Positions 1 through 15,900 are shown, numbered from the stretch's first letter. The stretch: DNA of 59,899 nt from Herpetosiphonaceae bacterium (GCA_036402055.1 DASWTQ010000297.1:1-59899), one strand, 5' to 3'. Made by a program: numbers and translations. Notes: generated by a model from the letters alone, not told the origin.

Positions 1-550
1 TGGCGATGAGGGCATTGCTCAGGTGCAGCACCGTCGTGCCACTGACGCCCGCCGGCTGGAGATGAAGGATCGCCAGCACACCATCACCAGTTGTGCCTAC
101 TCCGGTACCGTAGGAATAGGCTCCGACGCTCGTTCCTTGCGCGCTCGTACGTGGTCCAAGGGCAATCGCGCAGCGAGTAGTGGTGGCATCACAGCTCGTG
201 GTTGTCCCAATGAAAGGAGCCAAGGTCATGCCCGTCACCTGGACCAGGGCGGCGTTATATCCGAGATCGAATTCAAACCCGGCTAGATTGATCGCGCCGG
301 TCACCCGTACCTCAACATCCAGCGGAACGGTGGGGAGTTGCGAGGTGGTCGGTGCGGTGAGCTGAATGGTTGGGCTAGCTATTTGTGCCACAACCGCTTG
401 GTTCGATGGTGCGTGATACTGAGCGACAGCGTGTGGCGCAAATGGCGACACAGCCGCGCGAATGGGCGTGGTGGGGACGAGCCCCATTCCCAGGCTAGCG
501 AGGAGTCCAAGCGCAGTGAGTAGGACGATCCAACGACGTATGTGCGTCAT
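1..550 (-). CDS. Secreted cohesin-like domain protein, partial (3' end lies beyond the left window edge)
   Basis: Absent from the ORF track because it runs off the edge. ATG at 550-548 (minus strand) opens a frame with no stop down to nt 1, which I checked codon by codon. The translation starts MTHIRRWIVLLTALGLLASLGMGLVPTTPIRA (signal-peptide-like). It continues ...PLDVEVRVTGAINLAGFEFDLGYNAALVQVTGMTLAPFIG...GDGVLAILHLQPAGVSGTTVLHLSNALIA, which resembles cohesin-type beta-sandwich modules. Confidence 0.55.
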   Translation of the reverse strand, partial: MTHIRRWIVLLTALGLLASLGMGLVPTTPIRAAVSPFAPHAVAQYHAPSNQAVVAQIASPTIQLTAPTTSQLPTVPLDVEVRVTGAINLAGFEFDLGYNAALVQVTGMTLAPFIGTTTSCDATTTRCAIALGPRTSAQGTSVGAYSYGTGVGTTGDGVLAILHLQPAGVSGTTVLHLSNALIA

Positions 551-1176
551 GTACAAACTCCACAAGGTGAATCGAGTGGCATCAGGGCCAGAACACGGCT
601 GCGTTAAACGCAGTGGTGGATAAGGAAGCGTTGCGATCAGGATCGATCACGGTGGGATGCGCGGCGCAGCATCACCTCCTCTCACGAGGCAGAACACGGT
701 TGCTGCATCTGGGAGGGAGTCTCCAGGCAGATGCAGCGCGAGTAGGTGGGTTGAGAAAGAGCACCGACGACGGCACGACATTACGAGGTCCAGATGTGTG
801 GACCAGGATCGTGGCAAGCTGCTCGGTGGCGAAATCCTGTTCTTGGACCTGTAGCACTGGTCACTACGGAGTGGAGCCGCAGGCCACGGCTATCAATCCA
901 GCGGCGAAGCAAAAACGTTGGTGCAATGGATTGTGGCCCGTCACGTTCTGCCGGGGTCGGTCAGATGAGTCACGGGGAGAGAAACGTTCAGTTGGGTTCA
1001 GGACGGAGAGGCACGCATGATGGCGGAGTTATTATGCGTGTAGGTTATCTCCGCCATCAGCATACAGGATTGTGCCGTGCAATACATGCGCCCTTCGAAT
1101 AATCCCAAGGAGTATCTTCCTCCAAAGGTGCTCTGTGCATGCATTATCTGGTTGCTCCATCACAGCACGATCGCGC

Positions 1177-1698
1177 TTACAGATCATCATCTACTGTATC
1201 ATCTTCCTTCCTTGGTGAAAAGACGGCAGCGTTCATTGGAATGCTATCCCGTAGCAAATAATCAGTAGTGACACCGAACACATGCGCGAGCTTCACAATC
1301 ACCTCTAAAGATGGTTCATGCCGCTGTGCCTCAATATGACTGATGTGCGCCTGCGTACGTAAGCCGAGTTGGTGGGCAAGGTGCTGCTGGGTCATCGAGT
1401 GTTGCTTGCGCAAATATTTAATCTTCGTCCCAAGCAGATGTGGTGTCGTCTGACTGGGATCGAAGGATGATGGGAGAGGGGGTGTAATCGGGAGCGTATC
1501 AAGCAGTAAATAGTCCGTGGTCACCCCGAATAGGTTCGCAACCTTAAGAATAATCTCTAGCGAAGGCGCTTTCCGTCCCGCTTGCATATTATTGACATAG
1601 GCGGAGGAAGCAAGCTGGAGCGCACGGGCTAGGGCAACCTGCGTCATCTGTTGGCTTTGTTGGAGATACGCCAACTTCTCACCAAATAGTGTGGGCAT
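1177..1698 (-). CDS. XRE-family transcriptional regulator with two tandem helix-turn-helix domains
   Basis: 173-aa ORF. There are two internally repeated XRE HTH units: MTQVALARALQLASSAYVNNMQAGRKAPSLEIILKVANLFGVTTDYLL and MTQQHLAHQLGLRTQAHISHIEAQRHEPSLEVIVKLAHVFGVTTDYLL. GGGAG lies 5 nt upstream of the ATG. Confidence 0.8.
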   Translation of the reverse strand: MPTLFGEKLAYLQQSQQMTQVALARALQLASSAYVNNMQAGRKAPSLEIILKVANLFGVTTDYLLLDTLPITPPLPSSFDPSQTTPHLLGTKIKYLRKQHSMTQQHLAHQLGLRTQAHISHIEAQRHEPSLEVIVKLAHVFGVTTDYLLRDSIPMNAAVFSPRKEDDTVDDDL

Positions 1699-1718
1699 AG
1701 GCTCCCGAGGGGAGCCAC

Positions 1719-1747
1719 TTGACGAATGCTGAGTCGACCATTATAAT
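1719..1747 (+). promoter_or_regulatory. Sigma70-like promoter candidate TTGACG-17 nt-TATAAT
   Basis: TTGACG at 1719-1724, a 17-nt spacer, then TATAAT at 1742-1747. It sits in the AT-richer divergent region between the XRE gene (minus) and the lipoprotein gene (plus). This is a sequence match only. Confidence 0.4.
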
Positions 1748-1782
1748 TTTCCCAACACTAATATATTTGGTGTAGGCGATGG

Positions 1783-1824
1783 ACCTTCCATCTCATCGGC
1801 TCCCCAGCACGGAAGATGGAAGGT
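1783..1824. promoter_or_regulatory. Perfect 11-bp inverted repeat (possible operator or leader hairpin)
   Basis: ACCTTCCATCT (1783-1793) and AGATGGAAGGT (1814-1824) are exact reverse complements separated by 20 nt. The repeat lies about 35 nt downstream of the -10 candidate. Confidence 0.45.
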
Positions 1825-2094
1825 TCACGCTTACGCCTAATCAGAGACGTGCAGAGGCGCACGCACACTGCGCGACAGGCTGAAGCCTTGTGCGCGCATT
1901 CTAGCATGCCTGGCGATCACCTAATCACGGGTCGCAAGGAGATAAATGTCGCATTAGCTCTTGTGTCGCTCTGACACCTGTTGTGGCTTCTTCAATCCTG
2001 GCTCCCAGGCATGATGCAAGGAGCTTGCAGGATACTCACTGAACCTTTCTATCCCCCTGCTTGTACCTCTTCACGCTAAGGAAAGAGAGTAAGG

Positions 2095-3279
2095 ATGCCG
2101 GTCAGCTTAGATTATGCACGGTGGCTCAATCTCTTGAGATTGTCGGCTATGCTTCTCGTGAGCGCTATTATCTTGAGTGCCTGTAGTACATCTTCTGTAT
2201 CAGAGTCCACTCCCAGCTCCGCCACTCCCCTTGCGTCTACCTCACAGTCTTCACCTATCACCTCATCATCACCAGTGAGCGAACATGCCAACCCGAGTGA
2301 TGGTCAAATAGCCCAAGAGATCATTCCACCACCTCCTCAAACTCCCGTTGCACTTGGTCAACCTGCACGAGTTGGAGCATTTACGGTTGTGGTGCACGGA
2401 ACGCAATGGGTAGATTGGCGGGAATTGGTACCAGGGGAGCTTGACGCATATCGTCAAACGAAGCGACTACTTGTAGATCTCTCGTTGCGGAATGATATGC
2501 GACGCGTTGCGCCGTGGCCGCTCAATGCAACCTTTACCATCTTAAGTGCAGATGGAACAGCGCTCAACGCCGAATACAATGATATCCAAATGGGCTTTAA
2601 TGAGGGTGCGGTCGGCTTGTTACCTCCAGAACTCCAGACGGATGCGTGTGCGAAGCGGATATCCGACATCTTACGTCCGGTCTCCTATCTTAAGCGCATG
2701 TTGCCTGGTGAAGCAGCACGTCGCTGGCTCAGCTATCAGCAAACACCCGGATTTGAGCAGGAGGATCTTCAGCTTGAGGTGGTCGTGCCTGGTAGTGAAC
2801 TCCATGAGCAATCTTATACTGCCCGATTCCTCCTCAATGGCACGCCCAACCCGTCACCGTTGCCGATGACTACTACAGCACCTGCGGCAGAAGGTCAACT
2901 GGAAGCCTTAGTAATCAAGAACGCGCAGATCGCACCTGTCAGCGAGATCCAAGATGACACGCAACGAAGTATTACGCCTTGCACCATGCAGAGAACCGTC
3001 ACGTTCCAAGTAGAAAACATCGGTGCACAGACTGAAGTACTAACACCCAGCATCTGGGTTATGGATGCTGAAGGCCGGTTGTACGAGCCTCTGCCCATCA
3101 ACGAACGATACAGCATTGCACCTCGGCAACAACAGATTGTTTCTCTGGATTTTCCATCGCTTTTAGGCATTGAAAAACAGCCGATAGCTGTTCTCCTGGG
3201 CGAACCATCGCTGAGTACATTAGCGCTCCAATCGGGAAAGGCGCAACGTGCTCTCGTCCAGCTAACAGAGCATCAATAG
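2095..3279 (+). CDS. Putative lipoprotein of unknown function
   Basis: 394-aa ORF. The N-terminus MPVSLDYARWLNLLRLSAMLLVSAIILSAC carries a lipobox-like LSAC, followed by a Ser/Thr/Pro-rich linker. AAGGAAAGAGAGTAAGG lies upstream of the ATG. I recognised no family. Confidence 0.6.
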   Translation: MPVSLDYARWLNLLRLSAMLLVSAIILSACSTSSVSESTPSSATPLASTSQSSPITSSSPVSEHANPSDGQIAQEIIPPPPQTPVALGQPARVGAFTVVVHGTQWVDWRELVPGELDAYRQTKRLLVDLSLRNDMRRVAPWPLNATFTILSADGTALNAEYNDIQMGFNEGAVGLLPPELQTDACAKRISDILRPVSYLKRMLPGEAARRWLSYQQTPGFEQEDLQLEVVVPGSELHEQSYTARFLLNGTPNPSPLPMTTTAPAAEGQLEALVIKNAQIAPVSEIQDDTQRSITPCTMQRTVTFQVENIGAQTEVLTPSIWVMDAEGRLYEPLPINERYSIAPRQQQIVSLDFPSLLGIEKQPIAVLLGEPSLSTLALQSGKAQRALVQLTEHQ

Positions 3280-3283
3280 CGTC

Positions 3284-3514
3284 ATGATCATGACCCCAAC
3301 GCTCGACACGCTCCGGTTCATTGGAGCACGTAGAGCCGAGATCACCCAGTATATTTCTGAGGCTGCATCACTTCTACCTTCCCAAGACTTTTCGCTGGCT
3401 GACAGTTTGACCGCCCGACTCTATGCCCAACAATTCGCTGAACTGGTCCAACTCTTTCATGAGGCAGGTCAGACTCGTCACTCACGGTGCCCTGCTACCC
3501 AACCGTGTGGGTAG
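3284..3514 (+). CDS. Small hypothetical protein (76 aa)
   Basis: Starts 5 nt after the stop of the lipoprotein gene, which suggests an operon. No recognisable family. The last 9 codons are encoded by a strong hairpin, so the C-terminus or the call itself is uncertain. Confidence 0.3.
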   Translation: MIMTPTLDTLRFIGARRAEITQYISEAASLLPSQDFSLADSLTARLYAQQFAELVQLFHEAGQTRHSRCPATQPCG

Positions 3515-3523
3515 CAGGGCACC
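3486..3523. terminator. 16-bp perfect GC-rich hairpin between convergent genes
   Basis: GGTGCCCTGCTACCCA (3486-3501), loop ACCGTG, then TGGGTAGCAGGGCACC (3508-3523). There is no clear U-tract on either strand. Confidence 0.4.
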
Positions 3524-3888
3524 GCATCTTCCATAAACTACGATCCGGCATGATCGAGAAGGTCAACAGCATCTTTAATGGTTACGGGCACAGTCCCGGC
3601 ACAGGCTGGATCAACACCGGACGCTGTGCGCTCGGTGCGATCGTGGTCGATCAGCGCATCGTCTGGTACCGCATTGAGCATGGCTGAGAGCTGGGCACAG
3701 GCTTGAAATCCTATCTGAAAGCCGCCTAATCAATGATGACCAGGCCTTGGTGCGTGAGCCCCTTCGATAAGAAAACTGCTCCATTGGTCCGCAGAAATAT
3801 CACGATCTCCTGCATGCCAACATCTGATCTTCAAGCTTCATCCTACATGGCCCAGGTGCTTAACCTTTCTACGATCTCCATTGCCACT

Positions 3889-5076
3889 CTAGTGCTGCTT
3901 GCCATTGCTGGCTCCTACCTCCAGGCTGAGAATCTCAGGAGAAGTGCGTCGTCGAGCCAGCGCGTGAGTCGTCAGTTTGGGGTTGCCGGTAATAACGCGA
4001 TACAGCTTGAGCGCCTGGGCCACCACCTGATCCATGTTGTAGTACTTATATGTCGCCAGCCGTCCTACAAAATGCACATCCGGCCGAGTGTCGGCCAAGG
4101 CTTTGTACTGCTCATACAGGAGCGTATTCTCGGGCCGGGGAATCGGATAATATGGATCGCCCTCAGCCTGCGGATATTCATAGACGATACTGGTTTTGGC
4201 GTGCTCCTGACCGGTCAAGTATTTGAACTCCGTCACCCGAGTATAGGCGTAATCGTTGGGATAGTTGATCACTGGCGCGGACTGATGTACAGGCAGGTTG
4301 TGGGTTTCATGCTTGAACTCCAGCGAACGGTAGGGCAGCTTGCCATAGCGACAGTCAAAAAACGCATCGATCGGCCCGGTATAGATCATCTCGCGATAGG
4401 GGATGATTCCTGCGATCTCGCGATAATCGGTGTTGAGCATGATCTTGATGTTAGGATGATCGAGCATCTTTTCAAACATGCGCGTATAGCCGTGTAGCGG
4501 CATCGCCTGGTATGTGTCGGTGAAGTAGCGGTCGTCGCGATTGGTGCGGGTGGGTACGCGCGCCGTTACCGAGGCGTCCAGCTCCGACGGATCGAGGCCC
4601 CACTGTTTACGCGTATAGCCGCGAAAGAATTTTTCGTACAGCTCGCGCCCGACTTTGCTGACCACGACGTCTTCCGAGGTGCGGATCTGTTCCCGTGGCT
4701 CCGCGACCGAGGCCAGAAACTCGTCAAGTTGAAAGGCCGTCAGGTTCAGGCCATACATCTGGTTGATCGTATCGAGGTTGATCGGCATCGGCACCAGCTG
4801 CCCGTCTACACAGGCCCGGACGCGGTGCTGATACGCGCGCCATTCGGTGAAGCACGACAGATAATCAAACACCTCGCGCGAGTTGGTGTGGAAAATGTGC
4901 GGCCCATAGGTATGGATGAGAATCCCGTCGTCATTGTAGCGATCGTACGCATTGCCGCCGATATGCGGCCGCACGTCACAGATCAGCACGCGCCGGTTTG
5001 CTCCGCGTGCCAGCCGCTCAGCGATCACGCTGCCAGCAAAGCCCGCCCCGACAATCAGATAATCAAAGGGAGTCAT
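3889..5076 (-). CDS. glf: UDP-galactopyranose mutase
   Basis: 395 aa. The N-terminal FAD fold is DYLIVGAGFAGSVIAERLA...HIGGNAYD. YGPHIFHT, YTRKQWG, YTGPIDAFFDCRYGKLPYRSLEF and FVGRLATYKYYNMDQV are collinear with E. coli Glf as I remember it. Confidence 0.9.
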   Translation of the reverse strand: MTPFDYLIVGAGFAGSVIAERLARGANRRVLICDVRPHIGGNAYDRYNDDGILIHTYGPHIFHTNSREVFDYLSCFTEWRAYQHRVRACVDGQLVPMPINLDTINQMYGLNLTAFQLDEFLASVAEPREQIRTSEDVVVSKVGRELYEKFFRGYTRKQWGLDPSELDASVTARVPTRTNRDDRYFTDTYQAMPLHGYTRMFEKMLDHPNIKIMLNTDYREIAGIIPYREMIYTGPIDAFFDCRYGKLPYRSLEFKHETHNLPVHQSAPVINYPNDYAYTRVTEFKYLTGQEHAKTSIVYEYPQAEGDPYYPIPRPENTLLYEQYKALADTRPDVHFVGRLATYKYYNMDQVVAQALKLYRVITGNPKLTTHALARRRTSPEILSLEVGASNGKQH

Positions 5077-5166
5077 CGCGCTTCCTTACCCTGCTGTGAA
5101 CGAGACGAAGTGGCCGATCCCTGCGCTGGACGTAATAGCTCCTGATTGCGCAGAGATCGGCTGGTG

Positions 5167-5508
5167 CTATGCGCCGCGCTGCTGAGATAATCCGAACAGG
5201 CCCAGCAGCGATTTACTGCTGTCGTCAGTGATCCAGGCGGGTCGATCAACCCAGGGCTTGGTTGCTGCGGTTGCTGCATCGAAGCTCAGGGTGACCTGCT
5301 GCTCGGAGACCGACGCGACGGCGCTGCATGGGATATACAGCTTGCCACCCCAGCCGATGGCAGACGACTGCACCTCAAGGCAGGTTTCATCCACACACGG
5401 CGTCACGGTATCAACTGGCTCCGTTCCCCACCACATCCGAGTGATCGTACCCAGGCTCACACCATCGGACGTTTGGACTGCCTGCCCTTCATGAACTTGC
5501 TCGATCAT
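5167..5508 (-). CDS. Hypothetical protein, possibly PRC-barrel/DUF2171-like
   Basis: The ORF-track frame is 5167-5577. The internal ATG at 5508 (MIEQVHEGQAVQTSDGVSLGTITRMWWG) has AGGAGGGA about 8 nt upstream, so I prefer it. The family assignment is weak. Confidence 0.45.
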   Translation of the reverse strand: MIEQVHEGQAVQTSDGVSLGTITRMWWGTEPVDTVTPCVDETCLEVQSSAIGWGGKLYIPCSAVASVSEQQVTLSFDAATAATKPWVDRPAWITDDSSKSLLGLFGLSQQRGA

Positions 5509-5972
5509 CGGAGATCCCTCCTGTCTCCTGCGAACCGCGCCTAGTTCCCGGCTCGCATGTTCCAGTAGAGCATACAACCGCTGATACGCCTAGATACGGC
5601 GATCCATGCTTTACCGGTATTGTTGTCATGGTGCACCGGCAGCGGCCTCAAGCGCCGCGTGATGATCGGCAGAGTTTTCGAGCACCACCCGCACGGCTGC
5701 TTTGTACCGACAGTCCTTGAGTACGCGCATACCAGTTGTACAAGGTATAGGTGTGCCTAGGCCCGACGACCACTCTATGCTGTACTGGGGGAGGTTCCCG
5801 TGACAGATGTGGGAACAAAGCCGCCACGAGGAGGTTAACGTGGCTCCTGGTGTTGAGATCATGACTGTCCAAGGACCCGACCTATTGGCAGTAAATCATC
5901 GGCGCTTTGCCCAGGCCGAGGCTTCTTGCCGCGGTTGCTCCAGCCTGAGCAAACCTGAGACTGAGTGAGATC

Positions 5973-7202
5973 ATGCGTGCAATTCTAACCAACCTGGGAT
6001 CAACCGGCGATGTATGGCCGTTTATTGCTCTGGCGGCCGAGCTGCGCCGTCATGGTCACGAGCCGATCCTGGCACTGTCTCCTAACTTTGCGGGTCTGGC
6101 CAAGCAGCACGGGCTGGCGTTCGCGCCGATCGGGCAGGAGCTTGAGCTCGAAAAGCTACGCGACATGGCGGCCGATATTTTGACCGCCCGCAACTCGGCC
6201 GCGCAAACGCGGCCGCTGCTCGTCTCAGCGCTGCAAGGACTGCCGGAGATGTTCCGCGAGCTGCGGGACCTTTCTCACGATGCCGACGTGATGATCTGTG
6301 GAACGGCGCAGCCGGCCGGACGCATGGTTCACGAGACGCTTGGCATTCCGTTTGTTTCGATCCATACCGTGAGCTTCGCCGTCTGGGGCACCACTGCGCT
6401 GCGGCAGTCCGTCGCGCCCGTCATCAACGCCTACCGGGTCCGAGAAGGTCTCCCACCATTGCGTGATCCGATCGTCGCCGATGCGCATTCGCCCCAGCTG
6501 GCGATCCATGCCGTCAGTCGCTACGTGCTGCGACGGCCCGCCGACTGGCCGTCGCACTATCATGTAACCGGCTATTTTTACCTGGACGACGCCGACGACT
6601 GGCAGCCGCCCGCAGATCTGGTTGAGTTTTTTGCTGCCGGCGAACCGCCTGTCGTGATCGGCTTCGGCAGCGCCATGCACCACGATCCAGCCGCGCTTAC
6701 CAATCTGGTGTTGGAGGCGATTCGCCGCGCCGGCTGTCGTGCCATTCTTCAGCAGGGCTGGAGCGGCCTGGGCGAGCGCGAGATTCCCGAGAACGTGCAT
6801 ATCATCGGCTTCGCGCCCCATAGCTGGCTCTTTCCTCGCGCGGCGTGTGTCGTTCATCACGGCGCGACCGGCACCACTGGAGCCACGTTTCGCGCGGGTG
6901 TTCCCGGCGTCTATGTGCCCCACGCCTATGAACATCCTCTGAACGCCGAGGTCGCTCGACAGCTGGGCTGCGCGGGACCGGCAATTCCCTACGCCCGTCT
7001 GACGGCTGAGCGGCTCGGCTCGGCGATCGCGGCCACCCTGGCGAATCCGAGCTACCGGCAAGCGGCCGCCGCCCTGGGCGAGCAGGTTCGGGCCGAGCAA
7101 GGCGTGCAGGCCGCTCGGCAGTTGATCGAGCAGCTGCTGGCGGAAGCAGCGGTAGCCCAGCCGCGCGCGGCCAGCCAGATCTCGCTCAATTCGATCGGAT
7201 AG
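5973..7202 (+). CDS. GT1-family (MGT/UDP-glycosyltransferase-like) glycosyltransferase
   Basis: 409 aa. The N-terminus is MRAILTNLGSTGDVWPFIALAAELRRHGHE. The C-terminal nucleotide-sugar motif is HHGATGTTGATFRAGVPGVYVPHAYEHPLNA (an HHGGAGT-type motif). The gene sits directly upstream of the FAAL-FkbH gene on the same strand. Confidence 0.8.
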   Translation: MRAILTNLGSTGDVWPFIALAAELRRHGHEPILALSPNFAGLAKQHGLAFAPIGQELELEKLRDMAADILTARNSAAQTRPLLVSALQGLPEMFRELRDLSHDADVMICGTAQPAGRMVHETLGIPFVSIHTVSFAVWGTTALRQSVAPVINAYRVREGLPPLRDPIVADAHSPQLAIHAVSRYVLRRPADWPSHYHVTGYFYLDDADDWQPPADLVEFFAAGEPPVVIGFGSAMHHDPAALTNLVLEAIRRAGCRAILQQGWSGLGEREIPENVHIIGFAPHSWLFPRAACVVHHGATGTTGATFRAGVPGVYVPHAYEHPLNAEVARQLGCAGPAIPYARLTAERLGSAIAATLANPSYRQAAAALGEQVRAEQGVQAARQLIEQLLAEAAVAQPRAASQISLNSIG

Positions 7203-7293
7203 TACTGGTCAAGTATTGACGGGCTGCGCGCAGTGTCACGACCCTCCAGACACGCGGGTCATGGCAGGCTGGCCCCCAAAGAAAGAGGCTTCC

Positions 7294-12951
<5,658 letters not shown>

Positions 12952-12964
12952 GAAGGAGCGACCC

Positions 12965-15900
12965 ATGCTAAATTCTTCGGCTCAACGCGGCGCTCTTTCG
13001 CCCAAACGACGGGCGCTGCTGGCGGCGCTGCTCAAGGAACAGGGCGTAGCCGTCTCGCGCTCCGAGATCGTGCGGCAGCCGCGCACCACGAATCAGTTTC
13101 CGATGTCGTTTGCGCAGCAGCGGCTGTGGTTTGCCGAGCAGCTTGAGCCCGGCAGCCCGGTGTACAACCACGCCTCGGCAATCCGCCTCAGCGGATCGCT
13201 CAATCAGGCTGCGCTTGAGCAAAGCTTGCAGGAGATCGTCCGCCGCCACGAGATGCTGCGCACCACGTTTGTCGCAGACAACGGCAGCTTGTTGCAAGTG
13301 ATCGCCGAAAGCGCCACCCTTGAGCTGCCGCTGGTCGATCTGAGCGGCCTACCGGCGGCGGAGCGTGAGCCGGAAGCGCGGCGCTTAGCTGTCGCAGAAG
13401 CGCATCGCTCGTTCGATCTGGCGCGTGGACCGCTCCTGCGCGCCGTGCTGGTGCGCCTGCACCCAGAGGGTACCCGGGCAGAGCATATCTTGTTGCTCAC
13501 GATCCACCACATCATCACCGATGCCTGGTCGAATAGCGTGCTCAACCGGGAGCTGGCGATCTTGTACGAGGCTTTCGCGCACGATCGTCCTTCACCGCTG
13601 CCCGAGCTGCCGATCCAGTACGCCGATTTTGCGGTCTGGCAGCGGGATTATCTTACCAGCGCGGTACGGGAAGCCCAGCTCACCTACTGGAAACAGCAGC
13701 TGGCCGGCGCGCCACCACTGCTGGAGCTGCCCTGCGATCACCCGCGCCCAACGGTTCAGCGGTACGGCGGAGCCTACGTACCGCTGGTGCTCTCGCAGTC
13801 GCTGAGCGCCGCGCTGACGGCGTTGAGCCAGCGCGAAGGCGTGACGCTGTTTATGACGCTGCTGGCGGCCTTCAAAACGCTGCTCTACCGCTACACCGGT
13901 CAACACGATCTGCTGGTGGGCTCGCCTAACGCCGGGCGCAACCGCAGCGAGACCGAAGGGCTGATCGGGTTCTTCGTCAACATGCTGGTGCTGCGGACAG
14001 ACCTATCCGGCGATCCCACGTTCCAGGAATTGCTTCAGCGGGTGCGGGCCACCGCCTCGGGCGCGTATGCCAATCAAGATCTGCCGTTCGAGCAGATTGT
14101 GGATGAGCTAAAGCCCGAGCGCAACCTGTCACACAGCCCGATCTTTCAGGTTGCCTTTGCCCTGAGCAATGTTCCGCAAGCGGCGCTTCAGCTTTCAAAT
14201 CTGCGGATCGAAACGCTCCACTTCGATGCGATTGTCACATCTGAGTTCGATATTACGCTATTCATGGCCGAAGCGGCGGGCGGTCTGAGCGGAGCTTTTG
14301 AGTATAACGCCGAGCTTTTCGAGGCCACGACGATCGCGCGCATGGTCGATCATTTCCACATGCTACTCCAGAGCATCATCGCCGATCCGGCACAGCGCAT
14401 CTCCGCACTCCCGCTGCTGACGCCAGCCGAGCGCCAGCAAATGCTGGAAGCCTGGAACAGCCCGCCCACCAGCGCGGCTCCCGATCATTGTGTTCATCAG
14501 CTTTTCGCCGCCCAGGCCGCGCAAACGCCCGCTGCCGTGGCCCTCGTCTGCACCGATATTAGCGGGCAGATCCGAGAGTTGAGCTACGCCGAGCTGGATC
14601 GTCAGGCCAATCAACTGGCGCACGCGCTCCAGCAGCGCGGTATTGGCCCGGACGCGCGGGTGGGCATCTGCGCTGAGCGCTCGCCAGAGCTGATCGTGGG
14701 GCTGCTGGCAATTCTCAAAGCGGGCGGCGCCTACGTGCCGCTCGACCCGGCCTATCCCCAGGAGCGGCTGCGCTTCATGATCGAAGATGCACAGGTGCGG
14801 GTATTGATCACCCAGCAGGCGCTCCTCGACCGGCTGCCCGAAGCGCAGGTACCGGTGCTGTGTCTCGACCTGGATTGGGAAGCGATCGACTCACAGCCGC
14901 ACACACCTCCGGTGACCGGCATCACCTCCGACCATCTGGCGTATGTGATCTACACCTCGGGCTCGACTGGTCAGCCCAAGGGCGTGATGATCTCGCACCG
15001 ATCGCTATGTAACTTTATTGCTACCACCACCGACGAATATGCGATCGGGCCGGGCGATCGCGTGCTTCAGTTTACCTCGATCAGCTGGGATACCAGCGTC
15101 GAAGAGCTGTACCCGTGCCTGGCGCGCGGCGCAACGCTGGTGCTGCGTCCCGCCACGATGCTCGACTCGATGACGACGTTTCTGCAAACCTGCCACGATC
15201 TGCGCATCACGGTGCTCAATCTACCGACCGCTGTGTGGCATACCGTTGCTGCCAGCCTATCGTCGCTGGAGCTGCCGTTGCCCAGCACGATCCGGCTGCT
15301 CATCATCGGCGGTGAGCGCGTACGACCAGAACATGTGAAGTTGTGGCAGGCCAATACCGGCCCAGGCGTCCGGCTGTTGAACACCTACGGTCTGGCCGAG
15401 ACCACGGTCGAAGTGACGCGCTATGAAGTAGCCCGGGCCGCTCAGACGCGCCGTGAAATACCAATCGGACGGCCGTTTCCCAGTGTTCAGGTGTTTATTC
15501 TGGATCGACAGCTTCAGCCGGTGCCGATCGGAGTCGCAGGTGAACTCTATGTAGCCGGTCCTGGCCTGGCGCGTGGCTACCTCAACCGTCCCGATCTGAC
15601 TGCTGAGCGCTTTATTCCGCATCCCTTCGCCCAGAGGGCACCCGAGCTGCCCGGTGTACGCTTGTACAAAACCGGCGATCTGGCGCGCTACCGTCCCGAC
15701 GGCAACCTTGAGTTCCTGGAACGCGCGGATCATCAGGTCAAAATCCGAGGCTTTCGGATCGAGCTGGGTGAGATCGAAGCCGTTCTGGCGCAGCATCCAG
15801 CCGTGCGCGAAGCCGTGGTGCTGGCGCGTGAAGATGCCGGGCATGGGGAGAAGCGGCTCGTAGCGTACGTGGTTGAGGAACAAGAGAACAAAGAACAACG

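Noticed and set aside
613-1102. ORFs 613-1020, 657-854, 794-1102 and 672-857 in the region between the cohesin-like gene and the XRE gene.
   Set aside because: They overlap each other, have no recognisable domains, no convincing RBS and an atypical composition. I cannot support any of them, so the region may be non-coding or hold something I cannot identify.
3530-3690. Small ORFs between the hairpin and glf: the 66-aa plus-strand ORF 3487-3687 and a roughly 52-aa minus-strand ORF I translated by hand.
   Set aside because: Neither has a recognisable motif or RBS, and the plus-strand one starts inside the hairpin.
3733-4497. 254-aa plus-strand ORF overlapping glf.
   Set aside because: It is antisense to a gene with unambiguous UDP-galactopyranose mutase motifs and has no motifs of its own.
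5626-5872. ORFs 5626-5862 and 5648-5872 in the divergent region upstream of the GT1 gene.
   Set aside because: They overlap each other in different frames and have no motifs and no RBS. The region is more plausibly a divergent promoter region.
7216-7293. The ORF-track start at 7216 for the FAAL gene, and likewise the TTG start at 58219 for the first PKS.
   Set aside because: The upstream extensions (MTGCAQCHDPPDTRVMAGWPPKKEAS and MGEEKIN) add no conserved sequence. The internal ATGs at 7294 and 58198 have better RBS context and typical domain N-termini. The longer starts are not excluded.
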